Source: Sarea resinae (lineage: Eukaryota). Taken from it: a DNA stretch of 64,000 nucleotides. Location of the stretch: the NCBI GenBank assembly GCA_026026165.1, contig JAPEUD010000045.1:124001-188000 (forward strand), in the 5' to 3' direction. Below, piece by piece: positions 25,682-38,959 of this stretch (positions are counted from its first letter, which is position 1; each line of letters starts with the position of its first letter). Made by a program: the position numbers and the translations under genes. The notes under the pieces were generated by a model. That model searched no databases. It worked only from the letters and a program-made list of their open reading frames with translations, and was not told where the DNA came from.

Positions 25682-26678
25682 CGTGGCTGATGGCGTTCGA
25701 GGAGAATAGCTTTTGCTCTCCGCCTGAATAGTTGGGCGTTGTCGATCATGGATCTTCTGCCTTACGACGCTGTTCATATCTGGGAATGAGGAATTCGTCT
25801 TTATGAGTAGTTGAGACATTCATCATTGGCTTGTGGGTATTGTTGTCTTTGCGGGGCTTTGTTGCGGTTGTTGTTCTGTCATGCTGTATTTCCTCTGTAC
25901 TGTTTTGATGCGCCTTCCGCCAAATGCATTCGGTACCTTGCTTCGGGAAATAAGAAATGCATTTGATTTTCTGGACCTTGATGGAAGCATGGATGAATTT
26001 GCGAGTGGGAGCTGGGATTTGATTTCTTCATCCGGGGTTTCTGCTGCTTGCGACTGTTGCTTTCCATACTGCTTCCCTTGTTAGTTTCCGAGTCCATTAT
26101 CCCACCTCTGGTTTGCGTGCGTGCGTGCGTGCGTGCATGCATGCTTGCAATGTCTGTATCAGCTCCTTCATCAATATTGGTATTTGTTTGCCTCTTTTGC
26201 TTCACAGATTGCAAGGGTAGGGGGATAGCTAGATAGGCATGGAATCAAATGCTTTTAATGTACCATAAAGCCCACTCTCCACTGCGCAATTGTAACTTTC
26301 TCCCTGCCCATGTCTCTAAGGCGCCGAAAATAGAGAAATGATAGCACTGCAGTGATGTAATAAAGTGCGAAGCTCACTGTATCTCAAATGAGAGGGTGTC
26401 TTTCAACTTCTCACCGACAGACAGATAGACATAAGCACGGACATATACACAGAACAGTCAGCTAGCTTTAAGGGTAATATCTTGTTGTAAGGGCTGGCTA
26501 TTATACTCCGGAGTATGCTTCAAGCCCTTGAATTATATCCCACGGTAGCGAGGTCACATAACGCGGCGAACTCGGTCAAGCGAGCTTTGCTAGGCTACCT
26601 TATGATTGGCTGTATTCAATCTAGAACTCAACACCATAACAGGTTATCGCGAACCATTTTCCTTGTCTATAGCGTACT

Positions 26679-27371
26679 GTGGCCGATCCACCACCCTGCG
26701 CTGCAGTGCTCGACCGAACCGAGTATCAGTCATGGGCCGACGTTCGAAAAGCACTCAACGAGTGGCCGATTGCGGAGGAATTCGCCTTTTACACCCCGAA
26801 GAAGGATCCGGCTCGAGCGGTCTATGCCTGCAAGCAGGAGCAATGCCTCTAGGGGTGTATCGCCCAGAGGCAGCAGTCAACCGGCCTGCTTCTGCTAACG
26901 GTCAAAGAAGGCTCGCATAACTGCCTCGGAGCAGGAGCAGCAGGCATGTCTGGCCACCACCGTACGTCCAGCACCCGAGCATGGCTCGATGCGGCAGTGC
27001 AGAAGCACCTTGTCGTCACCCAAGCAACGCCTCCCCGTGCCGTCCGGGAGACTGTACGCGTATATTACGGCGAACAGATCAGCTACAAGGTCGCTCAGCC
27101 GTGCCGGTTGCGTCTGCTTGAAGAAGGCGATCTGGGCGAGCGTCCTGTTGAGACTCGGCGGCGTCGTGGCAGGCCGAGGAAGGCACCGATACAGCCTGAC
27201 CAGCACCGATCGTCGCAACGAGGATCAAGGCAGGAGGAGGATATGCTGCAGAACTCGGCAGTGCCGCGGCACCTCTCCCACTGCTGCCGCACTTGTAGAG
27301 AGACTGGTCATAATGCAGCGACGTGTAGGAACAAGGGGAGGGCCGGAGATACGCCTTCTCATACATTGTGA
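26679..27371 (+). mobile_element. Mutator-like (MULE/MuDR) transposase relic, internally deleted (no DDE core), one in-frame TAG
   Basis: One frame reads SWADVRKALNEWPIAEEFAFYTPKKDPARAVYACKQEQCL*GCIA..HNC (MuDR N-terminal Zn/DNA-binding pattern), then TPPRAVRETVRVYYGEQISYKVA, then directly RRRRGRPRK and CRTCRETGHNAATC (C-terminal CCHC knuckle). No TIRs recognised. Confidence 0.75.
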
Positions 27372-27524
27372 CGGTCTCGCTCCTGACGTCCATCACGTTT
27401 AGGCATTAAATCTCCGTGACGTGTCAAGAACCTGGCGATACCAAATGCAGGCCCCTCGCTCCCCTAGCCCCGATTCGATTCGATTCGATTCTATTCTACT
27501 AGTATTTTACCCTCTCCGCTAGCT

Positions 27525-30151
27525 TTACCTCAACAAAGACGTAATCTCAGCCACCACCGCCTTCACCCTAGCCTCCCTCACAGGCACCTTCTCCAACAAT
27601 CCCTGTAATCCAAAGACCTCCGTCGCCGCCGTCTTGACTTCTTCCTTGCCTTGCCCGGCCGAGCTCAGGAGCGTCCCCGTCGCCACCAGCAGCCGGTACA
27701 GGGCCTCGCCGTCGGAGCCCGGGGGCGAGGATACCGTGATGGCGAGGCCGAGAAGGGCGGAGAGGGGCGTTAGGAGGGAGAAGGCGCGGTCGAGGGTAGA
27801 AGGGGACGAGGGAGAGGCCGTGGAGACGTGGACGCAGTAGTTGATGTAGAGCGTGGAGAGCGCGATGAGGAGGTTGCGGTTACTCTGCAGCGGGCTATTG
27901 GTGGGCGAAGTAGCGTCTGAGGGCATGAGGGGGGCGAGGAGGGTCTGGATCTGTTGGTGCAGCACGGTCGTCAGTGTCATGTTTACGGGTGGTGTTGTGG
28001 ACTTGAGTGGTATGGGGAAGAGGAATGATCGTACCTTGTCGAACGAACGGTCCATAAGGCTCCGCCCTTCTTCCGTCTCGAAAAGATTCGCAAACGTGCG
28101 CACTGCCAGCATGATATTGTTGGCCCTGTCCATATCCCCGAATACGCCACTTTCCTCTAGTATGTCAACGACCCCATTGTCGTTCTGTTGATAAGTCGCC
28201 GTGGCCGGGCTAGTGGCAGCCAGCAGACGCAGAAGATCGAGGCCCGGAAGTCGATGCGACGAGGGCCATGACGTGATGAGTTTCGTCACGAGTGCGAGCC
28301 CGTTATCGATAGCTGCACTGGCGGGAGTCGGCTTTGAAGACGATTGCGCCCTTTCGAGCTGAAGCATCAATGCATGTAAGACGTCTAGCTCGGCAGAATT
28401 GAGCGAGATGTCCTTGGATCCCTCGGCAATCAGGGATTCGTTCAGTTCTTTGATTTTCTTTTCGATGGTTGCCAGATTGGCGGTCTTGATGCTGAGATAT
28501 GTGGTTTGCGGAAGGACTTTCGGCGTTGGCGGTGTGGGGGTCGGCGTAGATGAGGTTTCGCCCGGTCGGTAGCGCGATTCTTGACCCCACGGGTCAGCGC
28601 CCTGGGGTACGGATTGAGGAGCTGAGGACTGCTGGCCTATCGTGGCGCCCTGAGTGTTGGTGGTGATGAAATTGGCGACCTGGTCGAGATAGCCGATAGG
28701 TAACTCGTTATCCTCGATGAATTTCGTAGCGGCCTCGTACGGATTCTGCGAGAGGTTATACGGCAGCTTGAGCGGGGGTTTACCATCCTCGATATCGACG
28801 TCGAAGACGTAGTCGTACTCCTTGCCGCCAAAATCGACTTTCTTGCCACTGCTCCCGACGGCATCGACGACGGTGCCAACACTGATCCATTGCGCCGTGC
28901 CTTGTGACCACTGATGTGCTGTTACGCTTCCGTCGGCTTCGCGGATCATGACTACTTGGCCTTCTTTCGTGCCAGATTTCTGGGTGAGAAATTCTGGGCC
29001 GGGAAGCTTCTCTTTGTTGACGTCGCCCACCTGCTGTTGGGGAATTGAGGAGGATTTGACGGAGTCTTCAAACGCGGCAATGACGGCGGCGTCGGCGAGC
29101 CGGTCTTGGGAGCGGGTGAAGACTCGAACTATCCTGTCGCTAGCCCCAGAAACAAGGTCGCCATTTGTGGGGTTGACGGAGACGCTCCATACAGATATGG
29201 CCGGGTGCGTTATGGTTTGGATGCATTGATCTCCCCGCCATATCCGAACCGTGCGATCTTCGCCTGAGCTGACGAGTTCACCGGTAGGTAAGCTCGCGAG
29301 GGAGTAGATGAAGCTTTCGTGCCCAACGAGTTGGCCAACTTGGCGGCCTTCGAGAGTCCAGAGGCGTATTATACCGTCGTTTCCTGCTGACGCAAAGTGT
29401 GCGCCCGAGGGGTGGTCTGATGGGACGCGGCACAGGGCGCGTACAACGTCGCTGCTTCCTCGGATGAGGCGAAGGGGTTTGCCGGTGGCGGAATAAACGC
29501 GAATCTGCTTATCGGCACAGCCTGTATATGTCAGTTGTGACCATTTGGAGGTGCCTTGCGGACGAACCTGTGATGATTGTATCGCTATCGTATGCCAAAA
29601 CCGCCCAAACGCTGCCCTCATGTCCCTCGAGCAAGGCCTCGCATTCCCACTTACCCACTCTCCACACCATTCCTTGCCCATCCCAGCTGCCGCTCACGAT
29701 AAAGCCACCCTCTGCATTCGTATCGAGAGCGCAGACATTATTACTGTGGCCGAGCAACAGCGCCTCTGCGTTGTCATCCACTGCTGCTCCCGGTCTTCGC
29801 ACGTCTATAATCGTATCTTTACCGCCAGACACTGCAAGTCCCTCGGGATAATTTGCGGTGGGAGGATAGTATGCAAGAGAATTGACGAATGAAGATGCAT
29901 GGCATGCGATGTTACCGCTCCAGCTAAATGCAGAGGTTGATCGCAGAGCCCAGAGTCGGACGGTGGCGTCTCGAGAGGCGGAGATGATGGCGTTCGGTTC
30001 GGGAAACACGACGGCTCGAACCTGAGACAGAAGTCAGAGACGCTTAAGCATCGTGGGCTGACGAAAGATAGTAGGCGATGGGGTTGTGGGGAATGGGCCT
30101 TACATCGTCCTCGTGCCCCTCGAGTGAAGCGGAGAGCTTGAAGTCTCCCAT
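27525..30151 (-). CDS. DOA1: Doa1/Ufd3/PLAA ubiquitin-Cdc48 cofactor (WD40-PFU-PUL)
   Basis: MGDFKLSASLEGHEDD start, WD40 repeats, PFU motif GKEYDYVFDVDIEDGKPPLKLPYNLSQNPYEAATKFI, PUL-like C-terminus; multi-exon. Confidence 0.95.
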
Positions 30152-30814
30152 ACTCAGGAACGTCTAGAGATCGAGGGCCGTAGCAGATCAACGACCACCA
30201 CAACCAAGAAGGACAAGAGACCAGACGTGATCAAGGAAGTTGGTTCGGAGAGTGTCTTGAATGCGCGATCCCAAGGCACGATGGCTGTTGACATCCAGCG
30301 GATGAGGTAGTAGAGTACGGCGATGGATCATTGATGGCAAATGAGATGTCCCACCCTCTGACGCACTGCGATTAGATAAGATCGATGATCTGGCTATCCG
30401 ATCATCTTATCTTTTCCCCTTTTACCCCTCCCTCACCTCGCCCGGAACTCCTTTTACGTTTCACAGGGAGAGCTTTGAAAGATTTCCATCATGGCTGATC
30501 GTCAGTTCCTTCTTGTTTATTTCAAGGGGTTATATAACCACAACCTGCTGGCGTCCTAGTTGCTTTGCCTACAAATAGTTACCCTACCTTTTACGTCTGT
30601 CTGGGCGGACAGCTTGGAGAGCATAGAAGCCGCCGTGCCAGAGCAATCGTCGTCTTACTCTGCAAATCTCTCAGGCGACAGACTTGTTGCAGCTTCTGAC
30701 TTCTCTTTTTCTCGAGCAACGATCCACTTTTTTGACCTCATCTCACTCAGCGTCTCGGTATCTTGCTGCTAGGAATCGCTTCCAGAAGCAGTCTTCAACG
30801 CATGATCAGTAAAG

Positions 30815-31785
30815 ATGAATGCAGCATGGAATGACCATCTACGATCGGCTCTCACAAGGTTCTTTCTCCACCTTTGAGAGTGGCCGCTCCAGAAAAACCT
30901 GACCTAGTGGGACAGGGCAATGGCGGACGATAAGTACACAGATCTAGCCCTAATCTGTGGGCCGCACGTTTTCAAGGTCCACCGCAACGTTATCTGCACA
31001 CAATCAAGCTTCTTTGATATTGCATGTTTGGGTCAGTTCAAGGTAAGCATGAATCATCCCCGAGATGCCGTCTGATACGAATGGCGATTCAGGAAGCTTC
31101 TTCTCGTGAGATTGCGCTTCCAGAGGATGACCCTGTACTGATCAAGAAAATGATTTCGTTCTTGTATCACGGGGAGTATTCAGATGGGAACGGAAAAGAG
31201 GTCTGGGAGGCTCTACAACGGCATCACTATGAGCCCGATGAAGTGAAACCATTTCCCTGGGCCCCTTCAGCAACACAGTCAGCAATTGCTGCAAGTGATA
31301 ATTATCAGAGCAGTGACAAAGACGCCACCGAAGACAGTAAGTCGGAATCAGGATAGGTCTTCTTAGCTATGACTCATGATTTCAAAGCTTTGCAATATTC
31401 CTCGTTCCTCCTCGATGCCCAAATGTTTGCAATAGGAGACAAATACGGAATTCCGATGCTCAAACATTGCGCACGCCTGAGATTCGAAAAGCGAGCAGAC
31501 AATGGCGAGTGGGACGTCCTAAGCTTTTGTCTGGCTGTGAGAGAACTGGAGCCTCTTCCCTGGTCTGCAAGTCAGGTACTCAAAGATCTTGTAGAGCGCC
31601 TGTGTTACAGAAGTCGAGAAATCTTGCATGAATCTCAAGAATTTGTTGATTTGCTGAGGGACCTCCCTGAATTCTCACGCGCTGTTTTACTTTTTTCGTG
31701 GAGACAGAGTATTACTTTGATGGACGTTAGGGCCTGCGTCACCCAGCGCACACTTGTAGATGCCAAAGAGACGAGTCACTGGTAG
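30815..31785 (+). CDS. BTB/POZ domain protein, array copy A
   Basis: Exons 30815-30858, 30916-31042, 31093-31336, 31388-31785: MNAAWNDHLRSALTR/AMADDKYTDLALICGPHVFKVHRNVICTQSSFF..EIALPEDDP..MFAIGDKYGI. Confidence 0.8.
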
Positions 31786-32767
31786 GAGGGTAACTCCTTT
31801 CTTTTATCAGGCTAGACATCGGATGGGTATGGCTCGTTTCGGTTTCAGCTCACCAATCCACAGCCAGATAGACGCAACTGCGTATCAGGGCAGGCAGCGG
31901 GGTGGGGAGGTTCTTTATTTTTTTCTCATACTCGGCGTGCATGGCTTACCTTCTCCGACTAACTAAAACACCCTTCAAGATGCTGCAAACTATAGACTAC
32001 AATCCTGCAAACGCAGAAACAAACTTAGTCTCCTATTCTAGTCTCTTCTCCACTGCTCCCCCTTATACTCCTTGTTTCCTAGCAGGAAAGTAATGTCTTG
32101 AGAGAAGAAAAAGGCTTTTTGTGCAAAGGTGATCTCGATCAATGAGCTATTAGTCGAGATGATTTCCATCTTTCCTATCCCCCCATCAACTCTGGGCCGG
32201 ATCGCCGCCCAATACGCTCTTTTGCCATTGTTCCAGATTTCCGTTCAGATGAAGAAATCGTGCTAGGCCACCCATAGTTCTCATTTGTATCTGCATAACT
32301 CAATCAGATACCCCTATTTACCTGCTCCCTTGCCCAAATATCTGTTACTGCTTACCTCGAGGTTTGAGGAGATCTAGATTCCATGACAGATTCCACAACA
32401 CCATAACAAGATGTTGACCTGGTAGATGACAAGCGTGATGGGGCCTGTCGCTCACCACTCAATAACATAGCTCTCCCTGTCGTCCGTTGACCGGCCGACG
32501 TGCTTTTTCACTCACCTCTGTGAGCCAACGCAGCTCCGGGGCTTCTTTGACGTTCCGCCACTAACACATCCTTAGGCGTTGCGCATGAAATCGACGCTGA
32601 CCGACTGGACTTCGCCTTGCATATCTCGTCGCTACAACTGAGACTCGATTAGCACCCCTCACTATCATCGCTCTTCTCTTCAACGCCTTAAGGCCTTAGG
32701 GTTTCTGTCGTGTCATATGTCGCTGCGGCTCAGTTGAAACCTACGTAGCTTCAAGGACGCAGAAGCC

Positions 32768-33887
32768 ATGCCTCGAGCTTCGGTAGTGCCGGTAGAGCCG
32801 GTTAGTCCGACCTCCGTTGGCATCAGCAAACGGCCCTGGGAGGATCAGCTCGTTTCCGAGGTGACAAGGTCTGTCCTTACTATCCATACGTTCGCTCGTC
32901 GAAGGCTAATTTTGACATTCGGGGGAACAGATCGAAGGAAACCGGACAATACTCTGACTTGACGATCATTTGTGGGAGCCGCCAATTCAAGGTCCATCGC
33001 AATATCGTCTGCCCACAGTCCAAATTCTTCGAGGTTGCTTGTAACAGCGGTTTCAAGGTAAACGGCCATATACTTCAACAGAAGGCCAAATGCTCAGAGA
33101 TTGTAGGAAGCTTCTACCGGCGAGATTCTTCTGCCAGAGGATGATCCCAACGAGATCGAACATTTGATTGCATACTTGTACACCGGCAAGTACGATAAAC
33201 TCGGCGAGAATGACGGGCAAACGTTGACGCGCTGTAATGTTGTGGAGGCAAGTCAATCGAGATTGTTGAGGTTGTTTGTTCTTGGGAAGATCTCACTAAC
33301 CTTCGAATTGTACCAATTCAATCCAGACGGCAACTTCTTCTCGTAAGAAGGCTATCTCGACTCGGGCCTCGCAGTCTTCCCCAGATGACTCGTGTATCAC
33401 ACTTAGTGGCAACCCCAGTGGTTGTAAGTCAACCTCCAACAAACGCTGCTCATTATCTGACAAAAGCTTAGCCGTGGTGGGATCAGACCTGCCTTGCGGT
33501 TCTTTCTTGGATGACGTCCGTATGTTTGCTATTGCAGACAAATACCTGATCCCAACCTTGAGAGATGTCGTCTTCCGCACAATCAAGGCTAGGCTTGATC
33601 GAAAGTGGAAAGTCCATGACTTCTGCTCAGCGGTCAAGGAAGCGTACCTGCTTCGCGGGTCTACCATTCCGGAATTAACGGAGTTCATAGCAAGCAACGC
33701 CTTCCGTCGTCGAAACAAATTGCATGAACATCAAGCATTCGATGAACTGATTGCTGAAGTTGGACTCTTCGCCCGGGATCTCTTGGTTCAATCTTGGAAC
33801 GCTGAGATCTTGCTCGGAGCAGAACCCAATCCTGCACAGGAGGTAAAGAAACGGTCGACACCGAGGAAGCGTCCACGTGGGTCTTGA
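32768..33887 (+). CDS. BTB/POZ domain protein, array copy B
   Basis: ..PWEDQLVSEVTR/SKETGQYSDLTIICGSRQFKVHRNIVCPQSKFF..LPEDDP..YLYTGKY..MFAIADKYLIP. The model needs a GC-AG intron at 33248-33326. Confidence 0.8.
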
Positions 33888-34741
33888 ATGAGCGGTTAGC
33901 AAAAAGGGAAAGGGGACCACTACCGTATGTCTTGTTCGGACAAACTTCTATTTCCAGTCTCGGGGAGTCGGGAATACCATTCGGGCATTGAGATGTCATG
34001 TGGCACGTCTTTCCATCTACCGTCTTTTGTCTTCGGCTAGAATCGATAGAATCGATAGAGAAGAAAAAGAATAGCAAAGTAGCTCAACACATCACAAGTT
34101 CTAGACTACAGGACTCTCAAAGTCATCCAAAAGGATTCTCCATACTCATTTCAAACAAATCTTGCTGCAACTTCTGACCACCAAGACGCAACACTAGACA
34201 TCAAAAGACTGTATCTGCTTTCTGAACTTGTATGCTACAGAAGCTCTCTATCTCTCACACTGAAATTTGATCGTGTTGTCTTTCAAGGGTGAACCTTTAC
34301 TGGTACGTGCCCGGTGAGTAAAGCGTAGCCTTTCCCGCTAAGCTTCTAGGACGCCCTGTTTTGTCGCGAGTGCCGCGCGATAGTCGCGTTTCTGATCGCT
34401 ACTAATGTATGTGTTGATATCTAACCTCCTTTCCAATTGAACCCCTCCTGACAAAGGCGATGCAGAGTCAAGTTAACTATCAATACCTCTAGAGGGATGC
34501 ACCTTATTCCTTGGGCAGATATTTGGAGGTATACGGACTAGATCACATGACGCACAACGCCGTGATTCAGAACATTACCTCTGAATATTCACCTTCATTC
34601 ACGATTGCTCTCATAGCAGACTATACGTAGAGAGCCGACACTCCCAATCTGAGCGTCGTGATAATAAGAAACCTACATTGCCATGATTCTTTGATTTCCT
34701 GCCGAATCGAACGTTCTCTACACATCGTAAAAATCCATCCA

Positions 34742-35840
34742 ATGGCTAAGATTACTCCCAAGCAAGTCAAGACTTACTGGGAAGATGAAGCTTTAGCCGT
34801 GCTGACAAGGTATCGTACTAGACATTCACAATTCGTGTACAGAAGGACGCTAATTGAGGACATAGAACAATGGTCTCGGGAAAATATTCAGATCTGACCA
34901 TCAAATGCAACAACCGAAGTTTCCAAGTGCATCGCCACATTGTCTGTCCGCAGTCAAAATTCTTCGAGACTGCATGTGACGGTCTCTTCAAGGTCGGTGG
35001 CGCTGCCAGGAAACCCGATGCCCCACTTCAGTCCGGGCTAATAAGACTAGGAGGCTTCTTCCGGGGAGGTAACATTGCCGGACGATGATCCCGTGTTGAT
35101 AAAGAAGATGGTCACCTTTCTCTACAATGGCACCTACTCCGACCAACACGGCGAGGAAGATTGGGAAAATTTGAGTCACAAATCATGGGAAGCAGAAAAG
35201 ATCAACGCGGAACCAAGCAGACAGCCAACCTGGAGGGATAATCTTCCTGTCCCGGCCCATTTTTCGAAGTCTCTTCAAACGACCGCTTCTTATACCAACT
35301 GTTCTCTCTCGACCGACAATCCGCAGTCGAAGCCAGAAGAGACCAGCTGCCCTTCAAAGAAACCCTCTAAGCAGGAACTCACTTACACCTCTACACAAGA
35401 TGACCCCGAAGACAGTATGTCAAACTACAATCTCTCAAACATTAGCTAACATCGTGATAGGGCTGCAGTATTCTTCGTTTGTGGTCAACGTCAGAATGTG
35501 GGCTCTGGCGGATAAATACGATATCAAGATTTTGAAGCGTCTGGCATTGACATACTTCAAGGAGAGGGTTGATCAAAGCGACTGGGATTTCCCGAATTTC
35601 TGTTTAGCCGCTCGGGAGCTATATCAACTTCCTTCGTCTATCAGTCGATCCTTCCGGGACCTTGTGGTAGAGAGGGCTGCAAATGTGCGAAAGGCTTTGT
35701 ACGACTGGAATGAGTTTCACGAGTTAATGAATGACGTGCCTGAGTTTACCCGCGATTTACTGCTCTGCATGTGGGCTCAAACCGACGAGAATGAGCGACG
35801 CACCAAGCTGGCGGAGTTCGCGAGGCTTAAAAAGACTTGA
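34742..35840 (+). CDS. BTB/POZ domain protein, array copy C
   Basis: MAKITPKQVKTYWEDEALAVLTR/..[63 protein letters not shown]; three introns at the same positions as in copy A. Confidence 0.85.
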
Positions 35841-36018
35841 AAGATGATAGAAAGACTCGCGCTACATCAAGCTAGAAGTATCATCACGCTTCTACCTCTA
35901 ACAGATATCTAAGCCTCAGTCGTAGCTAGTTAGTGTATTTTCCAACCACAGTCCTTTCAATTCACAGACCACAGCAATCTCTCATGATCGGTTTCTCTCT
36001 ACATCTATTACGCTGCTC

Positions 36019-36506
36019 ATGGATAAATACTGCGGATTACACTGACCAGGTCATGGCGCAACCTTTCAACGAGGGCCACTTTCTTCAAGACTATCAAGCT
36101 TCATGAATCACTACTATAATGAGAAGTACTCAATGAAGAGGGTTTTGCGCAAGGAAAGCACGGCTTCAATTGTTAATTTCCCCCTCACCCGAGCTTATTA
36201 GATCGATGGGATTGCGTCGATGTTGTCCAGCTTTCCCACCATGTGTGTTACACTGCTTATACTGTCAACGCTGAGATTTTTGCCATTGCAGACAAGTACG
36301 GCATCCCTCTTCCTCATGGTCTAGCTACATCCAAACTTTCCACCCATCTGGATAGGCCCCAGTGGAACATACCAAACTTCTGCGCAGCCGTCACGGGATT
36401 TTATCAGCTGCATTTGTCTACGAGCAAGCGCATACGGTGGCATATGGAGGAGCGTGCTGTAAATTACTACGAGGTTCTCGATCAATGGGAAGATCCTCGA
36501 GGCTGA
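36019..36506 (+). pseudogene. Degenerate BTB/POZ paralog, array copy D
   Basis: Only the last-exon region is recognisable (YTVNAEIFAIADKYGIPL..LDRPQWNIPNFCAAV, truncated at TGA 36504-36506); the upstream BTB core is decayed. Confidence 0.7.
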
Positions 36507-36729
36507 GTCAGACCCTCAATGGGCATCTCCTATCCAAAAGGAAGTTCACTGGTCGAATGGGTTTGTTCTAACGTCCTTGCCAGCTAGAACGAAGTTCATT
36601 CATAGATTGTACCTCGCTCGGTGACTGTCATGAAATCCGTCTTACAGTTGCAGCATTTCTCCCTCATGAATCTACAAAGATCTCGATATCTGATTCCTAT
36701 CAGTCTTGTAGGCAACGAAGGTAGACTAC

Positions 36730-37711
36730 CTAGTAGTTGGTATATCCCATTTGGTCTGTTCTCTGCGCGTTCGCTTTATCGGTCTCATCCCAGTTACGTA
36801 GCAAGACATCGTGAGTAAAGTCCGAGACCTGCAAAAGCAAGACCTGAAACTCATCCACCTTGTTAAGCATCTTGCGATTCGCCACTGCATGAGCCACGAT
36901 GAGCTCTCGCATTTTCAGGCTGACGAAGGAAGGTAGCTCGTACGACCTTCTAGTCGCTGAACAGAAGCTTTGCACGTCCCACCAGTCTTGGTCGAGACAT
37001 TTTTGAAACTTCTCCAAGGCAAACTCTTTAAGGATAGGGATCCCATATTTGTCCGCGATGGCATACATTTCGATGTTGACTGTGAAGGACGTATATCGCA
37101 AGTCTTTGAATTTCTTTAGCGGCAGCCGAAAGGCGAAAGGGACTTCCGTTACAACTTACAGTATTCCAGGTCCTCGGAAGACATGTCTTCCAGCCTCGGC
37201 ACAGCAGATTTGGGTGGAGGTCCAGAGAGCTCTGTCCCATCGTTCGAGGGAATTGGAATTTCTTCCTGTACCTCCATCCAATGATGGGTCCGGCGGCCTT
37301 TTTTGTTTTTCTGCCTCGTATCTAAAGCTCTTGGTTTCTCTGGTAACTTTGCTTTCTTCGAATTGATATCCTCCCATCGCTCAGTGTCGTTTCCCTCGAG
37401 ATAGGTCCCAGTGTAAAAATATCCGACTAGTTTCTCGATTAAGACTGGGTCATCATCGGGCAGTTCGATCTCCCCAGTAGCAGCTTCTTTAAACTTTCCC
37501 TGACAGGCCAGGTCGAAAAAGGTCGACTGGCTGCAAATGATGGCACGGTGGGCTTTGAAGATCGAGCCGCGACAATAGATGGTCAAGTCGGAGTATTTTC
37601 CGGTGGCTAGAAGACTTCTCAGCTGTGTCAGCATTTGTCTACCGAAGCAATATGAGAAGGTGGGGACCTTGTCAGTCCCGAGAGTAAATTTGTATCCCAG
37701 CCTGGCTTCAT
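36730..37711 (-). CDS. BTB/POZ domain protein, array copy E (inverted)
   Basis: MKPGWDTNLLSGLT/..GKYSDLTIYCRGSIFKAHRAIICSQSTFF..LPDDDPVLIEKLVGYFYTGTY../LRYTSFTVNIEMYAIADKYGIPIL; lacks the FK/EA intron. Confidence 0.85.
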
Positions 37712-38959
37712 GATTGCTGCTTCGGGGCTGGCTTGCTCGGGCTCTGGATCAGGTATGCCTCGTAGTGCTGTCCCGGAAGTTTGGCCAGCCTTTGCGGGAC
37801 TTCAAGAACTGATGATGGTGGAGGAGTGCTCTTCTTCCGCGGAAGAGAAAGAGATGGCTGTGAGAGTACTTCATACGGTAAGGTAGTCACAAAGAACATG
37901 ATCCACCTGCAAGCAGCAAACATACGTCATCATAAGGGTCTTCTGGCAGGTGCCCGCGTACTCTCCGCTTCCATACTCAAGCTCTACGCTTCTCCTTGCC
38001 TCATTGACCTCCTGGCTATCCTTTCTCGATGGTGATTTCAAGTGAAAAGGAGGGCATCCCCAGATGAAGAGAATCATGACTTCGGCGAAGCCCTCCAACT
38101 TGAGAACGTCACGGCATAGACATGGAAGTTTGGAAGACGTCGGAAGTAATGGAGAAAGCAAATATCACGCTCTCGTAAGAGTTCCACTACTGTTCTCTTC
38201 AATTGATCTATCGCATCGTCTGGTTCTTGACCCCTTTCATAGCTCTCTACCTGTCGTTGCCTCGCTCACGCCTTACCCCTCCCTCCGGCCACACAATATG
38301 AATGTACCATGATCGCTGTCTCAACAGCCAGGAAATGCAAAGTGAAGTTGCGTTGCAAGATAGAATCAGATCTTGCTCTGATAAATGTTCGTCTGTATGC
38401 CTTGCTCCCCCTCACCTGTGCATCCTTGTTTATTGACATCTGGCGGCGTAGTCATCTGGGGGCTGATATCTACCTCCTCCGCCGCTGAGAGAGCTTAGCC
38501 GAGCGGTCGTCTCCCTTATCAATCCCTACTCTAGAATGGATTGGGCGTCTATCAGTGACGGCAAGCTCGCTCTCGTACCTCGTACCTCGCCTGACTCGTC
38601 ATTTGGGCTGTGACAAACTTCTTCAACTGGATTTCATCTCTTCATTGACGCTGTCGGTACGCTCGGCACAGTATCAGTGGAAAAGGCTGAGCGAGAAGAA
38701 AGCGGCGCCTTGAAGTGAGTCTATTTCTCCATTCTCAATCGAGCAATTTACTAAATCAGGTTTCGCGCGTCTGCTGTGTTTACTGTTACTTGCTGCACCT
38801 CCATGTCGTTGCACTACCTTTGTATCTTCAATCATATGCCCTCGATTAAGAAATGGCGAAATGTCACGATCGATGCTGCTTGTGCCCGCTTCAAAGGGAT
38901 CTGACGAGTGATTCTAGTCCAGAATACAAGACCTCAGCAGTCAGTTCTAGTCAGCCAGC

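Noticed and set aside
26503..26516. 14-bp palindrome ATACTCCGGAGTAT as a possible MULE terminus
   Set aside because: No matching inverted repeat or TSD found on the right side of the element.
37708..37923. Upstream ORF whose stop overlaps the start of BTB copy E (ATGA)
   Set aside because: ATGA overlaps arise readily by chance and the ORF is not conserved in the paralogs.
38488..38520. agcttagccgagcggtc resembling a tRNA D-arm / A box
   Set aside because: No anticodon arm, T-arm (GTTCRA) or acceptor stem follows.
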